DNA of 64,000 nucleotides from a virus (taxonomy: Duplodnaviria > Heunggongvirae > Uroviricota > Caudoviricetes): IMG/VR virus record IMGVR_UViG_3300025530_000411. One strand, written 5' to 3'. The notes under the pieces were generated by a model that worked only from the letters and a program-made list of their open reading frames with translations, was not told the origin of the DNA and did not search any database. Shown piece by piece: positions 10,095 through 19,530 of the stretch. The translations under genes were made by a program, and so were the position numbers. Position 1 is the stretch's first letter. The number at the start of each line of letters is the position of its first letter.

Positions 10095-10124
10095 TTGACA
10101 AATCCGACGCGCACGTGATAAAAT
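10095..10124 (+). promoter_or_regulatory. promoter TTGACA-N-TGATAAAAT upstream of tRNA-Tyr
   Basis: TTGACA lies at 10095-10100 and GTGATAAAAT at 10115-10124. The same architecture recurs at 20112 and 33051. Confidence 0.5.
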
Positions 10125-10180
10125 TGAACACGCACAACACTCCTTACACGTTTTGGGCCGACGGTGACGTCGACCCATGC

Positions 10181-10267
10181 GGTGGGGCGCCGAAGATGGG
10201 GAGTCGGGGCGGTCTGTAAAACCGTTGCCTTTGAGCTGAGTGGGTTCGAATCCCACCTCCACCACCA
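10181..10267 (+). tRNA. tRNA-Tyr (GTA), class II with long variable arm, CCA encoded
   Basis: A cloverleaf can be folded by hand: acceptor GGTGGGG/CTCCACC, D-stem CCGA/TCGG, anticodon loop CTGTAAA, T-arm GTGGG-TTCGAAT-CCCAC, then A-CCA. It closely resembles the canonical bacterial tRNA-Tyr. Confidence 0.85.
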
Positions 10268-10305
10268 CCATTCAAAATGATAATATATATACATCACACA
10301 TCCGA

Positions 10306-10335
10306 AGGGGACCAGGAAATCTGGTCCTCTTTAAG
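10306..10335 (+). terminator. putative terminator after tRNA-Tyr
   Basis: GGACCAG-GAAAT-CTGGTCC hairpin followed by TCTTT. Confidence 0.4.
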
Positions 10336-10453
10336 TATGCATGTCGGGTTTGCAGCATATGCAATACATAACTGTAGCAGAAGTCGTCGCTATTTCATGA
10401 CGACAATGGGACATACTCTAGTATACGCCCTCTCCATTGATACGAATATACTA

Positions 10454-10483
10454 TTGACGACAGCAGTTTACGTGTCGTATAAT
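10454..10483 (+). promoter_or_regulatory. sigma-A-type promoter (TTGACG-N18-TATAAT)
   Basis: Seen directly in the sequence. Hairpins follow it, then a 16-codon uORF at about 10663-10713 with a strong SD (TAAGGAGG). Confidence 0.4.
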
Positions 10484-10769
10484 ATCCGTGTTGGGTTTGC
10501 AAGATGTAACGTCGTGATGTATTAGACCTGTTGCGGCTAAAACAGAAGCTATAAAAAGGTACCCAGGGACTGGTCCCCCGTGTGGTGCACCTTACCCAAC
10601 CAACATAGGATTTGGGGCGCATTTCGCAATGTGCCTTCATTCATATAAGGAGGACAATTGACATGAAACTCGGTTACATGTCGCCGTCGGAATACGGCCG
10701 AATAGGAACGTGATTCATGCACCAGCTGTATGTCGGTGTAAATCCAACCCACGTTCCTGGTAGATTCGA

Positions 10770-11126
10770 TTGGCTTCCTGGAAAGAAAATCTGCCCAAAC
10801 CATCCTACAAATTCCTCGGATATGATTGGGCGGAACTCGCGGATTGCTTCGGTATCGCTGTGGAGGAATCGGAACTCGATGTGACAGACGCTTTTTCTGA
10901 CGACAAAATTCGGTGCGAAAAAGTCAAAGATCACGTGAACAAAGCCGTCGATTTTGATGCAGTAGTCAACCCGCAGACGTTGGCTGATGTAATTGCATTC
11001 TTGGAAAAATTCCGGGGGAACTGCATTGACGACGACAGACATGTGGTAGATGCACTTTTCCGTATCGAACGTCCATTCACGTTTGTTGTTTGGTTCTGCA
11101 ATAACCTCCATCTTTTTTGGAACTGA
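10770..11126 (+). CDS. hypothetical protein
   Basis: A 118-aa ORF that ends 4 nt before a bidirectional terminator. It has a TTG start and a poor SD, so confidence is low. I prefer it over the antisense ORF 10674-11144, which runs into the terminator hairpin. Confidence 0.35.
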   Translation: MASWKENLPKPSYKFLGYDWAELADCFGIAVEESELDVTDAFSDDKIRCEKVKDHVNKAVDFDAVVNPQTLADVIAFLEKFRGNCIDDDRHVVDALFRIERPFTFVVWFCNNLHLFWN

Positions 11127-11130
11127 TAAT

Positions 11131-11165
11131 GAAAAGGACGCCAACCAATTGGTTGGCGTCCTTTT
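11131..11165. terminator. bidirectional intrinsic terminator
   Basis: A perfect AAGGACGCCAACC / GGTTGGCGTCCTT stem flanked by A-runs and T-runs, placed between two convergent genes. Confidence 0.7.
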
Positions 11166-11168
11166 CTT

Positions 11169-12188
11169 TTAACGGCTAAGTTCATTCATAAGCATGCATC
11201 TTCGGTATATGCTAGCATGTTTGCTTCCTTTTACATACTTCCAACCGCGACGCAAGAGGACTGCTGAGAAAATCGAATTGAATACAACCAAATCTTCGGT
11301 AGAGGCTTCTCGATATATGTTGTCCGGCATCACTCTTTCGATTGCTTCGACCATACTCGAATCCCATGCATACCCAGCAGGGGTGTTTTCAAGGACCCTC
11401 ATGATGTGGAAGGTGAGTCGTCTTGCGACATCGGCAAAAGTTGCATTGTCCCACTGCATGAAATCTGAAATTTCGCACACGAAATCGATGGACGGCTTTA
11501 TCGTCTCAGCCGTCACAAATTCTTCCCAAAATTCGGGATATGTGTTGCGTAGCAGAGCATCGTCCCAAATCGTGTCTAGATCCAAGGAGAGAAATTTCTT
11601 CACATCGTGGTCATCCAAAAGATCGTAGGGGAAGTGTACGTTCAATGGAATGTCTGCATGTATGTTCATGAAGATATTCACATTCATGTACATACTAGCG
11701 TTCACTCTGCTACCATTGGATCGTGACACTTTCGAAAATCTAATCGGATAGTTTTGTACCCCACGCACCGCATGATGAACATACCTTATCTTTGTTCCTC
11801 GGTATCCGTTGTATCTTTCGTCCCTAAGTCTGTCCATCAGATCTACGATCCGATATGGTAGGGTTTTGTCAGCAGATCCCAATTCCTCCAATATCCTACA
11901 TGTTTCCCTGCTCAAGAAAGTACCGTCCGAGATTTCTTCCTTGAAATGTGCGAATTCTTCCATAGTCATATTTCGAACTACATAGTCTGCGACCTGAGAA
12001 CGAGGTGACTGGCTGGTGAGAATATACTTACTCCAAGACGATTTGTCCGCCTGTTCTTTCTTGATTCTCGCAAAATTCTCCACACTGGTGTTCCGTACAA
12101 CCTCTATGACTTTATTATGCAGGTTCCATACATCTGTTACTCCAAACATGAATGTATCTTCACATTTCTTATACAAGGATTTCATCAT
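11169..12188 (-). CDS. hypothetical protein
   Basis: An ORF of about 339 aa. The ATG-ATG start is preceded by TGTAAGGAGTGT. Confidence 0.6.
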   Translation of the reverse strand: MMKSLYKKCEDTFMFGVTDVWNLHNKVIEVVRNTSVENFARIKKEQADKSSWSKYILTSQSPRSQVADYVVRNMTMEEFAHFKEEISDGTFLSRETCRILEELGSADKTLPYRIVDLMDRLRDERYNGYRGTKIRYVHHAVRGVQNYPIRFSKVSRSNGSRVNASMYMNVNIFMNIHADIPLNVHFPYDLLDDHDVKKFLSLDLDTIWDDALLRNTYPEFWEEFVTAETIKPSIDFVCEISDFMQWDNATFADVARRLTFHIMRVLENTPAGYAWDSSMVEAIERVMPDNIYREASTEDLVVFNSIFSAVLLRRGWKYVKGSKHASIYRRCMLMNELSR

Positions 12189-12345
12189 AGACACTCCTTA
12201 CATATCTTTGTATAGATTATAACATAAGGATTGAAATATACACAATTCTTCTGAGAGCACATCTTTCCCTTGATTTTGTTCGTATAATTGACTGGAAGCG
12301 ATTCTTCGTGTTATCATAGACACATCCCCATAGAGGTTGTTTTAC

Positions 12346-12438
12346 GGAAGCGTGTCCGAATGGTAAGGGGGCGGTCTTGAAAATCGCCTAAGCCGGTGAG
12401 GAGCCGGTGTGCAGGTTCGAGTCCTGTCGCTTCCGCCA
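12346..12438 (+). tRNA. tRNA-Ser (TGA), class II, CCA encoded
   Basis: Acceptor GGAAGCG/CGCTTCC, anticodon loop CTTGAAA, long variable arm, T-arm GCAGG-TTCGAGT-CCTGT and G-CCA. It is very similar to E. coli tRNA-Ser(UGA). Confidence 0.8.
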
Positions 12439-12441
12439 TAT

Positions 12442-12513
12442 GCTCCTATAGTATAGTGGTCATTACAGTTGCTTCGTAAGCATCAGACCTCGGTTCGATT
12501 CCGAGTGGGAGCT
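12442..12513 (+). tRNA. tRNA, probably Thr (CGT)
   Basis: Acceptor GCTCCTA/TGGGAGC, T-arm CTCGG-TTCGATT-CCGAG, then a T-run. The anticodon loop TTCGTAA has U33 and A37, but its stem contains one T-T mismatch, so the anticodon call is tentative. Confidence 0.55.
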
Positions 12514-12551
12514 TTTTATAAGCTTAATGTCCGAAAGAGGGTGCATGTAAT

Positions 12552-13250
12552 ATGTGTGGGGTATACATCACTGGAGACCTTCACGGAGATATTTCCATAA
12601 AAAGACTGTCTTCCAAACATTTCCCCTATGGACGCCTTCTTACCAAATCTGATTTCCTGATCGTGGCTGGCGACTTTGGTCTGTTGTGGGATGGCGGCAA
12701 ATCGGACAACTTTTGGCTTAATTGGTTGGACGAAAAGCCGTGGACTACTCTGTTCGTAGATGGAAACCACGAAAACTTCGATCTGCTTGAATCGTACCCC
12801 GTGGAACAGTGGAACGGTGGGAAAGTCAGAAAGATTCGACCAAGCATATACCATCTTATGCGTGGACAAGTGTTCGATCTTCACGGTCACAAGTTTTTTA
12901 CCTTCGGTGGGGCGTCTTCTATCGATAGAGAAGACAGAATCGAAGGTGAAAGTTGGTGGGCAAGAGAACTTCCAAATGAAAAAGAACTCGAAGAAGCATT
13001 GGATTCTCTTGCAAAGCACTCCAACCGTGTCGGTTATGTAGTAACGCATACTTGCCCCACATCTGCGCTTCCTATGTTGGGCAATCTTTTGGAACGCACC
13101 ATGTATCCGCCCGACATTGCAAACGAATATCTCGAAATCATACGGAAAAGGATCTCGTACCAACAGTGGTACTTTGGTCATTTTCATTGGAATCTAAAAC
13201 TTCCGAATAACATGTGGCTCATATACAACAATATTATGAAAGTGTGCTGA
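12552..13250 (+). CDS. calcineurin-like metallophosphoesterase (Ser/Thr phosphatase family)
   Basis: GDLHGD and GNHE metal-binding motifs are present, and the start has a GAGGGTG SD. Confidence 0.75.
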   Translation: MCGVYITGDLHGDISIKRLSSKHFPYGRLLTKSDFLIVAGDFGLLWDGGKSDNFWLNWLDEKPWTTLFVDGNHENFDLLESYPVEQWNGGKVRKIRPSIYHLMRGQVFDLHGHKFFTFGGASSIDREDRIEGESWWARELPNEKELEEALDSLAKHSNRVGYVVTHTCPTSALPMLGNLLERTMYPPDIANEYLEIIRKRISYQQWYFGHFHWNLKLPNNMWLIYNNIMKVC

Positions 13251-13273
13251 ACCACCTTGGGAGGAAATAGATT

Positions 13274-13594
13274 ATGTCCAAAGAGGCACATAAACTGACT
13301 TCAGACAACATCATGAGAAATACAGACATAGCCAAAAGTCTGGCCGAAAGTGTTAGTGAAAGGATCAAGCGATTTGATGCCGATTTTGATAAGAACACCA
13401 GATTGGATGCAAGACTTTGCAGAACTTGCTTTTACCTCCATACTCCCACTATTGTGGGACGGGCTTTCACAAAATACGAATGCCGGCACTGCGGAGAAAC
13501 TTACCAATATCCGAATACGCACGTGCCAATGTATTGCGAAAAATGTACATCGGAATACAATGTATGTAGACAGTGCGGTGCTAGTTTGGAATGA
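13274..13594 (+). CDS. Cys-rich zinc-ribbon protein
   Basis: Contains CxxC...CxxC...CxxC...CxxC and has a GGGAGG SD. Confidence 0.55.
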   Translation: MSKEAHKLTSDNIMRNTDIAKSLAESVSERIKRFDADFDKNTRLDARLCRTCFYLHTPTIVGRAFTKYECRHCGETYQYPNTHVPMYCEKCTSEYNVCRQCGASLE

Positions 13595-13636
13595 TAAAAA
13601 TTCTCGACGAAAGGAAGAAGCCATAAGATGCTCTGA

Positions 13637-14209
13637 ATGGCGCAAATCATGACGCAATCAAACTTAAGATTCCACAACTTTTCTCGAAAGAACATGTCCT
13701 TCGATGAGATCATGCAACACATGATTGCATTCATTAAGCAGGATCCGATTGCACATTACAACTTCATCATCGGTACGGACAGCCAAGCTTTCTCTGACCA
13801 TACGAAGTTTGTTACAGGAATCGTTTTACAACGCGAAACGAAGGGTGCATGGGCATGCTATACTCTGCACGTTGAACCTCGGAAAATCAGGTCTATCAAA
13901 GAGAAGCTTAGCATCGAAACTGCGTGCAGCGAAAACATCGCATATCTGTTCAAGGACGGCAAGTTGCAAATTTTGGAAGATATCATACTGCCTTACGTGT
14001 ATAAAGGAGCAACATTTAACACCTACGTTGATATTGATGCGGGGACGGACATCGTGCGCAACAAAACGGCACCATATGTCAAAGAAATGATGCTCCGCGT
14101 GGAATCCTTGGGTATGACGCCGAGGGTGAAGCCCGATGCTTGCATAGCTTCAGGTTATGCAGACAAGCAGTCGAAGAAATCGACGAAGTTGCTGGTTGCC
14201 AACAAATAA
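13637..14209 (+). CDS. YkuK/DUF458-like RNase H-fold protein
   Basis: Carries the motif IIGTDSQ...VTGIVLQRETKGAWAC, which is characteristic of the DUF458/YkuK family as I recall it. Confidence 0.5.
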   Translation: MAQIMTQSNLRFHNFSRKNMSFDEIMQHMIAFIKQDPIAHYNFIIGTDSQAFSDHTKFVTGIVLQRETKGAWACYTLHVEPRKIRSIKEKLSIETACSENIAYLFKDGKLQILEDIILPYVYKGATFNTYVDIDAGTDIVRNKTAPYVKEMMLRVESLGMTPRVKPDACIASGYADKQSKKSTKLLVANK

Positions 14210-14221
14210 TGGGAGGTTTTT

Positions 14222-14497
14222 ATGAAACCACACGCTACCAACAGGAGCCGTGCGTATTACAGGCACCATGCGAAGAGGGCGCAACGTCGCAAGTACAATA
14301 TTGTGAAGTCGAAGTTCAGCGATCGTAGGACTTTCAGTCAAATATTTGACCAACCCAGAGAATACGGTCAATTGAAAAAAGGCAAGATACACTGTTCATG
14401 TCCTTCGTGTTCCGTCAAAACTAAAATGTACGGGATGAAGATCTCCGAAATGAAACGCATGGGTAGCCATATCGACTGTGCCGAATGGACCCAATAG
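14222..14497 (+). CDS. small basic Cys-containing protein
   Basis: A 91-aa ORF with a GGGAGG SD, a Lys/Arg-rich N-terminus and a CSCPSC motif. Confidence 0.5.
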   Translation: MKPHATNRSRAYYRHHAKRAQRRKYNIVKSKFSDRRTFSQIFDQPREYGQLKKGKIHCSCPSCSVKTKMYGMKISEMKRMGSHIDCAEWTQ

Positions 14498-14571
14498 AGG
14501 ACCGCTTGCAGAATGCAATCAGTCCTTCCGTTTATTTGTACTGCAACATTTGACAAAATGCACGAACCGCG

Positions 14572-15516
14572 CTAGTCCACCCAGTCCGGCATTTCCTCTA
14601 CGTCGTATTTTGCGATTTCTCCCGTGGTAGGATTGACAACAAATGCACCTTCGATCCATGCAGCCGAACGGAACTGCTTGTGCTTTCCGTACGGAAGGAT
14701 GTACATCAGGTTCCATTCGTCGTCTGGTTCGAAGTGACCTTCGAACAAAATTGCAGAAGGATAACGGAAACGGACGTGGCGGTCGATGTCGCGATCAAAC
14801 ATCTGGCTCGGCGTGTACCAAATGTTCTCGTCCAAGTGCATTTCCGCCGGGATGGACGTGTTGCGGGTATCAACCAACCCATATCCGGGGCTCGCAATAC
14901 CTCTTCTGTATGCTCGGAACGGGTCCGAAAAGTCTATGATATACAGCAGGTGTTGTTCACCGTTTACGGAAGAACGGACACCTTTTCCGGTTGTGTAGAA
15001 AAAGTGGTCCGGCACGTGGCTGAACACCTTTTCCACGCTCTTTCGGCCGGTCGGTTCGTATATGATGCGGAGTTTGTCTGCATCAGTTTCTGCCATGTTT
15101 CCTTCGAAGGTTTCGACGTCGAGCAGAGCGTATTTTTCCTGGGTCATGAATTGGGGAACCATCATGGACAGCAGCCAAAAGAGTATCCCCAATACAGTGC
15201 AGATAACAACGACGGGAAAGCTGACTGCCATATTCCTTGCCAACTTGCGATCGTAGATGTGCCATTCCTTGTTGAGCCATAGAGTTACGAATTGGATGAT
15301 CGTGACCGGCAAAAAGTACCATGCAACGACGGCATCCCAAGTGCGTTCCACCAGGCACACATAGAATACGAACGTACCCCAGGCAGCACCCAGAAGCAGC
15401 CGAGCAACCTGCCAAGCAATGAACTTGCCAAGTTCCTTGTCCAAATGCGCCTGCTTCCAAGCCCACACGTTGAAATTGACAAACAAGACCGACAACAGCA
15501 GAATCGTTACAAACAT
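14572..15516 (-). CDS. membrane protein
   Basis: The N-terminal half has multiple hydrophobic helices. The start is at the ATG preceded by TGTAAGGAGTGT. Confidence 0.55.
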   Translation of the reverse strand: MFVTILLLSVLFVNFNVWAWKQAHLDKELGKFIAWQVARLLLGAAWGTFVFYVCLVERTWDAVVAWYFLPVTIIQFVTLWLNKEWHIYDRKLARNMAVSFPVVVICTVLGILFWLLSMMVPQFMTQEKYALLDVETFEGNMAETDADKLRIIYEPTGRKSVEKVFSHVPDHFFYTTGKGVRSSVNGEQHLLYIIDFSDPFRAYRRGIASPGYGLVDTRNTSIPAEMHLDENIWYTPSQMFDRDIDRHVRFRYPSAILFEGHFEPDDEWNLMYILPYGKHKQFRSAAWIEGAFVVNPTTGEIAKYDVEEMPDWVD

Positions 15517-15975
15517 ACACAACACTCCTTACATTTGTTTACATTGTTTTTTCCATCATATAGCACCAAAGTGTACACGTCAATCATTTGACCACGCAAG
15601 TGTATTTGGCGGCGTCTGTCTTGGTCCAATTTTGTCCGGAATATTGGTATTCGTATTGATCGGCATGTGGAGGTACGTCCAACATGCAGTCACGTTCAAA
15701 TACTCCGTAAATGCTGAGTTCTCGGACGAATATGCAATATGCGAATCGCCTGAGGTTTCCGTTTTCTGCCACAGGTTCTCTAACTTGTCCATCATGAAGT
15801 CTCGTACTCTGTCCGTTCTATGAACACGATCTTTTCAAACTTTGCGTCCATTCCCAACACCAAAGCGTATTCTTTGGTCATGTTTCGTCTACTACTTGCA
15901 TATCAATATATATATATTTGTCTGATGCATATACGATTTGCGGGTACACAAGTGTGTACCCGCAAATTTTCGAAC

Positions 15976-17019
15976 TTATCTTTGCCGTTCAATGTCCACA
16001 TCTGCTTCTACATTATGATGCAGTTCAGATTCCAATTCAACGTTGCGTGAGTATTTGCGTTCCATTTCCCTTGCTACGGCGTGCACCGCTCTTTCGAAAT
16101 CCGTTTTCGGTTCTACTGTTCCTTGCAGTACAGCAACAATGCGTTCCCTGTCCAACGGTCTGTCCTTCATCGCCAGATCTTCTTCGTACCCGGCTACAGT
16201 TGGTTTGCTCATTTCCTGTCCGCGTGGAGAACCACCGATGCCTGGGTGACCCCCAGCTTCTGGTCCAAACAAACGTTGAACCATTTCCTTTGCGTTCAGG
16301 TCTTGTGTGTTGGCCGTAGACACCGTAATGGAACCGAAATGTCTGTTGTATGTCACAATGTTTGGAACGATCTTTTCCAAGTTCGGCGAATAGTAGGATG
16401 AATTGCAAAATACGCGATCTGTTTCGAATACACGTACAAATTCGTTTTCGGCGACAAGTTTCGATTCCACTTCCCGTGCCACGTTTTCCGCCCATTCACG
16501 TCCGTTGGCAATAAGTTCCGGATCATTGGTCATAACCCGTTCCAGTATGGCAGCATGTTCTTCGATTTTTGCCGTCACATCCACAACATCTGTCGGACGC
16601 TGTTCCCTCGGTTGCGTGTTGACCCATCCCCAGTATGCATTGAACTTGTCTTTGAGCTGTACGTGCGGTTCGACGTTGATGTGGTGCGGACCGTTCAGAT
16701 CGATAAATTCCGCCGTCCTCCAGAATGCTTCGTTTTGAGGCTTGCGTCCTTGCAGTGCGAGTACGCCTCCGATAGTGTCCAGGTCGATGTGACTGATGAT
16801 TATGACATCGCCTTCTGGAATTTTGTGCACTTCCGTATTGCACGGTGCCGGATTGTCTTTAAACCTGGCCACGTGGTGTGCAAGAGTAGTTTTTCCTTCC
16901 AAGACATTGTTGCCATATTCAGCTTCAACGGTGTGGTATCTTATTCCTTGTTCTTCCAGCGCTTCCTTCAATTGTTGCGCTGTCTCCCACGTAGGGGCCA
17001 AGTATACCTTGTTTGCCAT
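15976..17019 (-). CDS. DHH/DHHA1-like phosphoesterase (NrnA/RecJ-like), tentative
   Basis: An N-terminal ISHIDLDTIGG motif resembles DHH motifs I/II, and a C-terminal GPEAGGHPGIGGS resembles the DHHA1 GGGH motif. The start ATG has a GGAGG SD. Confidence 0.45.
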   Translation of the reverse strand: MANKVYLAPTWETAQQLKEALEEQGIRYHTVEAEYGNNVLEGKTTLAHHVARFKDNPAPCNTEVHKIPEGDVIIISHIDLDTIGGVLALQGRKPQNEAFWRTAEFIDLNGPHHINVEPHVQLKDKFNAYWGWVNTQPREQRPTDVVDVTAKIEEHAAILERVMTNDPELIANGREWAENVAREVESKLVAENEFVRVFETDRVFCNSSYYSPNLEKIVPNIVTYNRHFGSITVSTANTQDLNAKEMVQRLFGPEAGGHPGIGGSPRGQEMSKPTVAGYEEDLAMKDRPLDRERIVAVLQGTVEPKTDFERAVHAVAREMERKYSRNVELESELHHNVEADVDIERQR

Positions 17020-17225
17020 GTTCACAACCTCCTTCCATCACAATTGTATAACACACATATGTATGAACAATACTTACAGTGCGTAAAACATCCATATTGA
17101 TCAGCAATACGATGAAACAGTCAATACGTCGTATGACGTATCATTTGAGGAACTTATCTCTGTGCATTTGGTTGACCCAAAACAGACTGTTGTGCTACCA
17201 TTACAGATGCAGGAGGTATGTATTG

Positions 17226-17477
17226 ATGGGTCTCGGTGGATTCAAGAGCGGTTTTCATGCACAGAAAGTACACGTGTCGCAAGCGAAATTTCCGCAATTT
17301 CTCATATGTAACCACGATTGTGAGGAAATCGTACAGCTTGTGTCTCACGTTTCAGGCGAAGTCGAATTCGAACTATGCAGAATCGAAGCAGAAAATATGG
17401 CCAAAGTGTTGCTGGATGCAGCCAATCCGAATGTGTATGCAAAGATCTTCGGTGCAGAAGACGGAAATTCCAACTGA
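17226..17477 (+). CDS. hypothetical small protein
   Basis: An 83-aa ORF starting at MGLGG with an AGGAGG SD. The longer ORF-track version has no SD. Confidence 0.35.
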   Translation: MGLGGFKSGFHAQKVHVSQAKFPQFLICNHDCEEIVQLVSHVSGEVEFELCRIEAENMAKVLLDAANPNVYAKIFGAEDGNSN

Positions 17478-17605
17478 ATGCAGACTTTGGTGCAAAGAAA
17501 AAGACCGTCCGAGACGGACGGTCTTTCGGTATCAGCGGACTACTGCAACGACACCGGCGGCGACCAACACGTCATGCGCCGAATCCTCGTCGCGCACGAG
17601 GCTGT

Positions 17606-18010
17606 TTATCGGATAGACTTCCCGAAGGTCATCAATCCAGCTCCCATACTTTTCAAGAATTCATCCGAAACTTGGTTGCCTGCCATTTCATTGTACATCC
17701 ATTCGATGCAGTGCTGTTCATCCGCTTCTCCTTCGATGATGTCGAACGTGCACCGTTGTCTGATCATGACAAAGAACGGCAGTTCTTTGAACAGATCGAC
17801 GAGGAAATTCACTACGTCTTCTTGGGGACGGTCCAGCTCTTCGATGTAGACATCGGATTCGAACTGTTTTCTGATGCATCCTTCTACCGAATATTCTTTT
17901 GGTGCCGAATTCATCAGAACATCGACTGCATCTGTTGCCAGCTTGCAGATTTCATCGGACTTGGACGTCACACCGCTGCTGGAAATGTCGGCAATGAACA
18001 TGAAACGCGC
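17606..18010 (-). CDS. hypothetical protein (start uncertain)
   Basis: Taken from the ORF track. The upstream in-frame extension would overlap a strong rightward promoter at 18126-18155. Confidence 0.35.
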   Translation of the reverse strand, partial: ARFMFIADISSSGVTSKSDEICKLATDAVDVLMNSAPKEYSVEGCIRKQFESDVYIEELDRPQEDVVNFLVDLFKELPFFVMIRQRCTFDIIEGEADEQHCIEWMYNEMAGNQVSDEFLKSMGAGLMTFGKSIR

Positions 18011-18125
18011 AGTCTCCAGTCCCCATTCAGTTTTATAATTTTCGTTTCTATTAAAACATAGAGTACCTACATATCGCAATGTTTGAACGAGACGATATCT
18101 GCAAGTGTCCATTCGTTTGGATATA

Positions 18126-18155
18126 TTGACGTGTGCCAAATTCTTATGGTATGAT
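18126..18155 (+). promoter_or_regulatory. sigma-A-type promoter with extended -10 (TTGACG-N18-TGgTATGAT)
   Basis: Seen directly in the sequence. Confidence 0.45.
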
Positions 18156-18302
18156 ATGAAGGCAATGATGGGAAATTTTTGAACGAATCCCACATTCGTA
18201 ATCTGTCGAAATACATTCGGCACTGTAACGGTGATCATTGTGGGCCGCGATTCGCAAAAAATAGAAAGGATTCACATCGACATAGAAGAAGTCGACCGAA
18301 CG

Positions 18303-18497
18303 ATGAAGGAAATGATGTTTCCGACTAAGCCTTATTTCAAATTCGTTGCAAAAGTGTTCGGCGGCTTTGTGATCCTTACGCTGTCAATCTATCTTGCGAA
18401 TACGGTCAACGATGAATTGCTCAGCTTCCCATTCGGCATGTTGTTTTTGCTATCTGCATTCTTGTTTTTGGTCGCAATTTTTCATTCTTTCGAATAA
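18303..18497 (+). CDS. small membrane protein (2 TM)
   Basis: I shortened the ORF-track entry to start at MKEMM. The product has two hydrophobic helices. Confidence 0.35.
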   Translation: MKEMMFPTKPYFKFVAKVFGGFVILTLSIYLANTVNDELLSFPFGMLFLLSAFLFLVAIFHSFE

Positions 18498-18517
18498 ATT
18501 CTTGTTTCAATTTGCAT

Positions 18518-18594
<77 letters not shown>

Positions 18595-18626
18595 AAACAC
18601 AAGATTATCTGTTTGGGTGATGTACG

Positions 18627-18794
18627 ATGCAAGAGAATTCTGTGGAAATGGATGGGGAAAAACGCAATCAGGAACGCAGGGAAGCCATTCCCAATGCTTT
18701 TTGGAATATCGTGGGATTCATCTTTTTCGCAGTGACAATTACGGTATTCGCTTTCCTGTTTGTCGTGACTCAAGGATTTGGTTATCTGAAATGA
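18627..18794 (+). CDS. small single-TM protein (55 aa)
   Basis: An unlisted ORF, MQENSVEMDGEKRNQERREAIPNAFWNIVGFIFFAVTITVFAFLFVVTQGFGYLK, lying between two tRNAs. Its SD is weak. Confidence 0.3.
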   Translation: MQENSVEMDGEKRNQERREAIPNAFWNIVGFIFFAVTITVFAFLFVVTQGFGYLK

Positions 18795-18800
18795 CAATGT

Positions 18801-18878
18801 AGGGATGTAGCGCAGCTTGGTCAGCGCACCTGATTTGGGATCAGGGGGTCGCAGGTTCGAATCCTGTCATCCCTACCA
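18801..18878 (+). tRNA. tRNA-Pro (TGG), CCA encoded
   Basis: Acceptor AGGGATG/CATCCCT, anticodon stem CCTGA/TCAGG with loop TTTGGGA, T-arm GCAGG-TTCGAAT-CCTGT and A-CCA. Confidence 0.8.
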
Positions 18879-19146
18879 TACATAACACATTCAATCATCT
18901 GACAAAGTACAGGGTCAAAGATGTTCAGTTTGGTAAAAACGTTGCGTAGCAGACGGAAGCGAATTTGGGGTTGAGTATGATTCATCCCTGGAAAGAACAA
19001 CGGAACCCTGTATATTTTCTACACGATTTGAGCAAATGCATTCCCAATCGTGGAGTAATCATGCCATACAAATTTTCGACAAGGGAAAATGACAAGGGAA
19101 AATGAAGTAAAGAATGCTGTATTACGTCCGAACGGAGGAATGTACC

Positions 19147-19530
19147 TTGAAAAAGATGGCATTGGTGCTGATTATCCTAACCTTATTGGCATCCGGATGC
19201 GGTTCTGCAGATGTCGGACCCGAACCTGCACCTGCACCCATTGCCGAACATGAAGTCAAGCATGAGACCGTTGGAACGGCAACTTCTCCTACTGTATACG
19301 ATGACCCGACGACTTACAAATATAATTCGTCAGACGTTCGGTTTGTCGTCGTAGACTACCAACACATCAGCGACGGTACCAAAAGCGGAATCACGATCAA
19401 GACGTTGGTAGACGTCGAAACTCGGGTCATGTACGTCCTCATGGAAAAGTTCCAGGCGGGATATGGTCTTAGCATACATCCAATTTTGGACGTGGATGGC
19501 AGTCCTCTCATTTATGACAAGGATTTCTGA
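19147..19530 (+). CDS. lipoprotein
   Basis: A TTG start with a GGAGGA SD, followed by the signal peptide MKKMALVLIILTLLASGC, which has a lipobox cysteine. Confidence 0.6.
   Translation: MKKMALVLIILTLLASGCGSADVGPEPAPAPIAEHEVKHETVGTATSPTVYDDPTTYKYNSSDVRFVVVDYQHISDGTKSGITIKTLVDVETRVMYVLMEKFQAGYGLSIHPILDVDGSPLIYDKDF

Noticed and set aside
10674-11144. 156-aa minus-strand ORF overlapping 10770-11126.
   Set aside because: Its start codon lies inside the stem of the bidirectional terminator at 11131-11165, and it has no SD. The plus-strand ORF ends cleanly 4 nt before the terminator.
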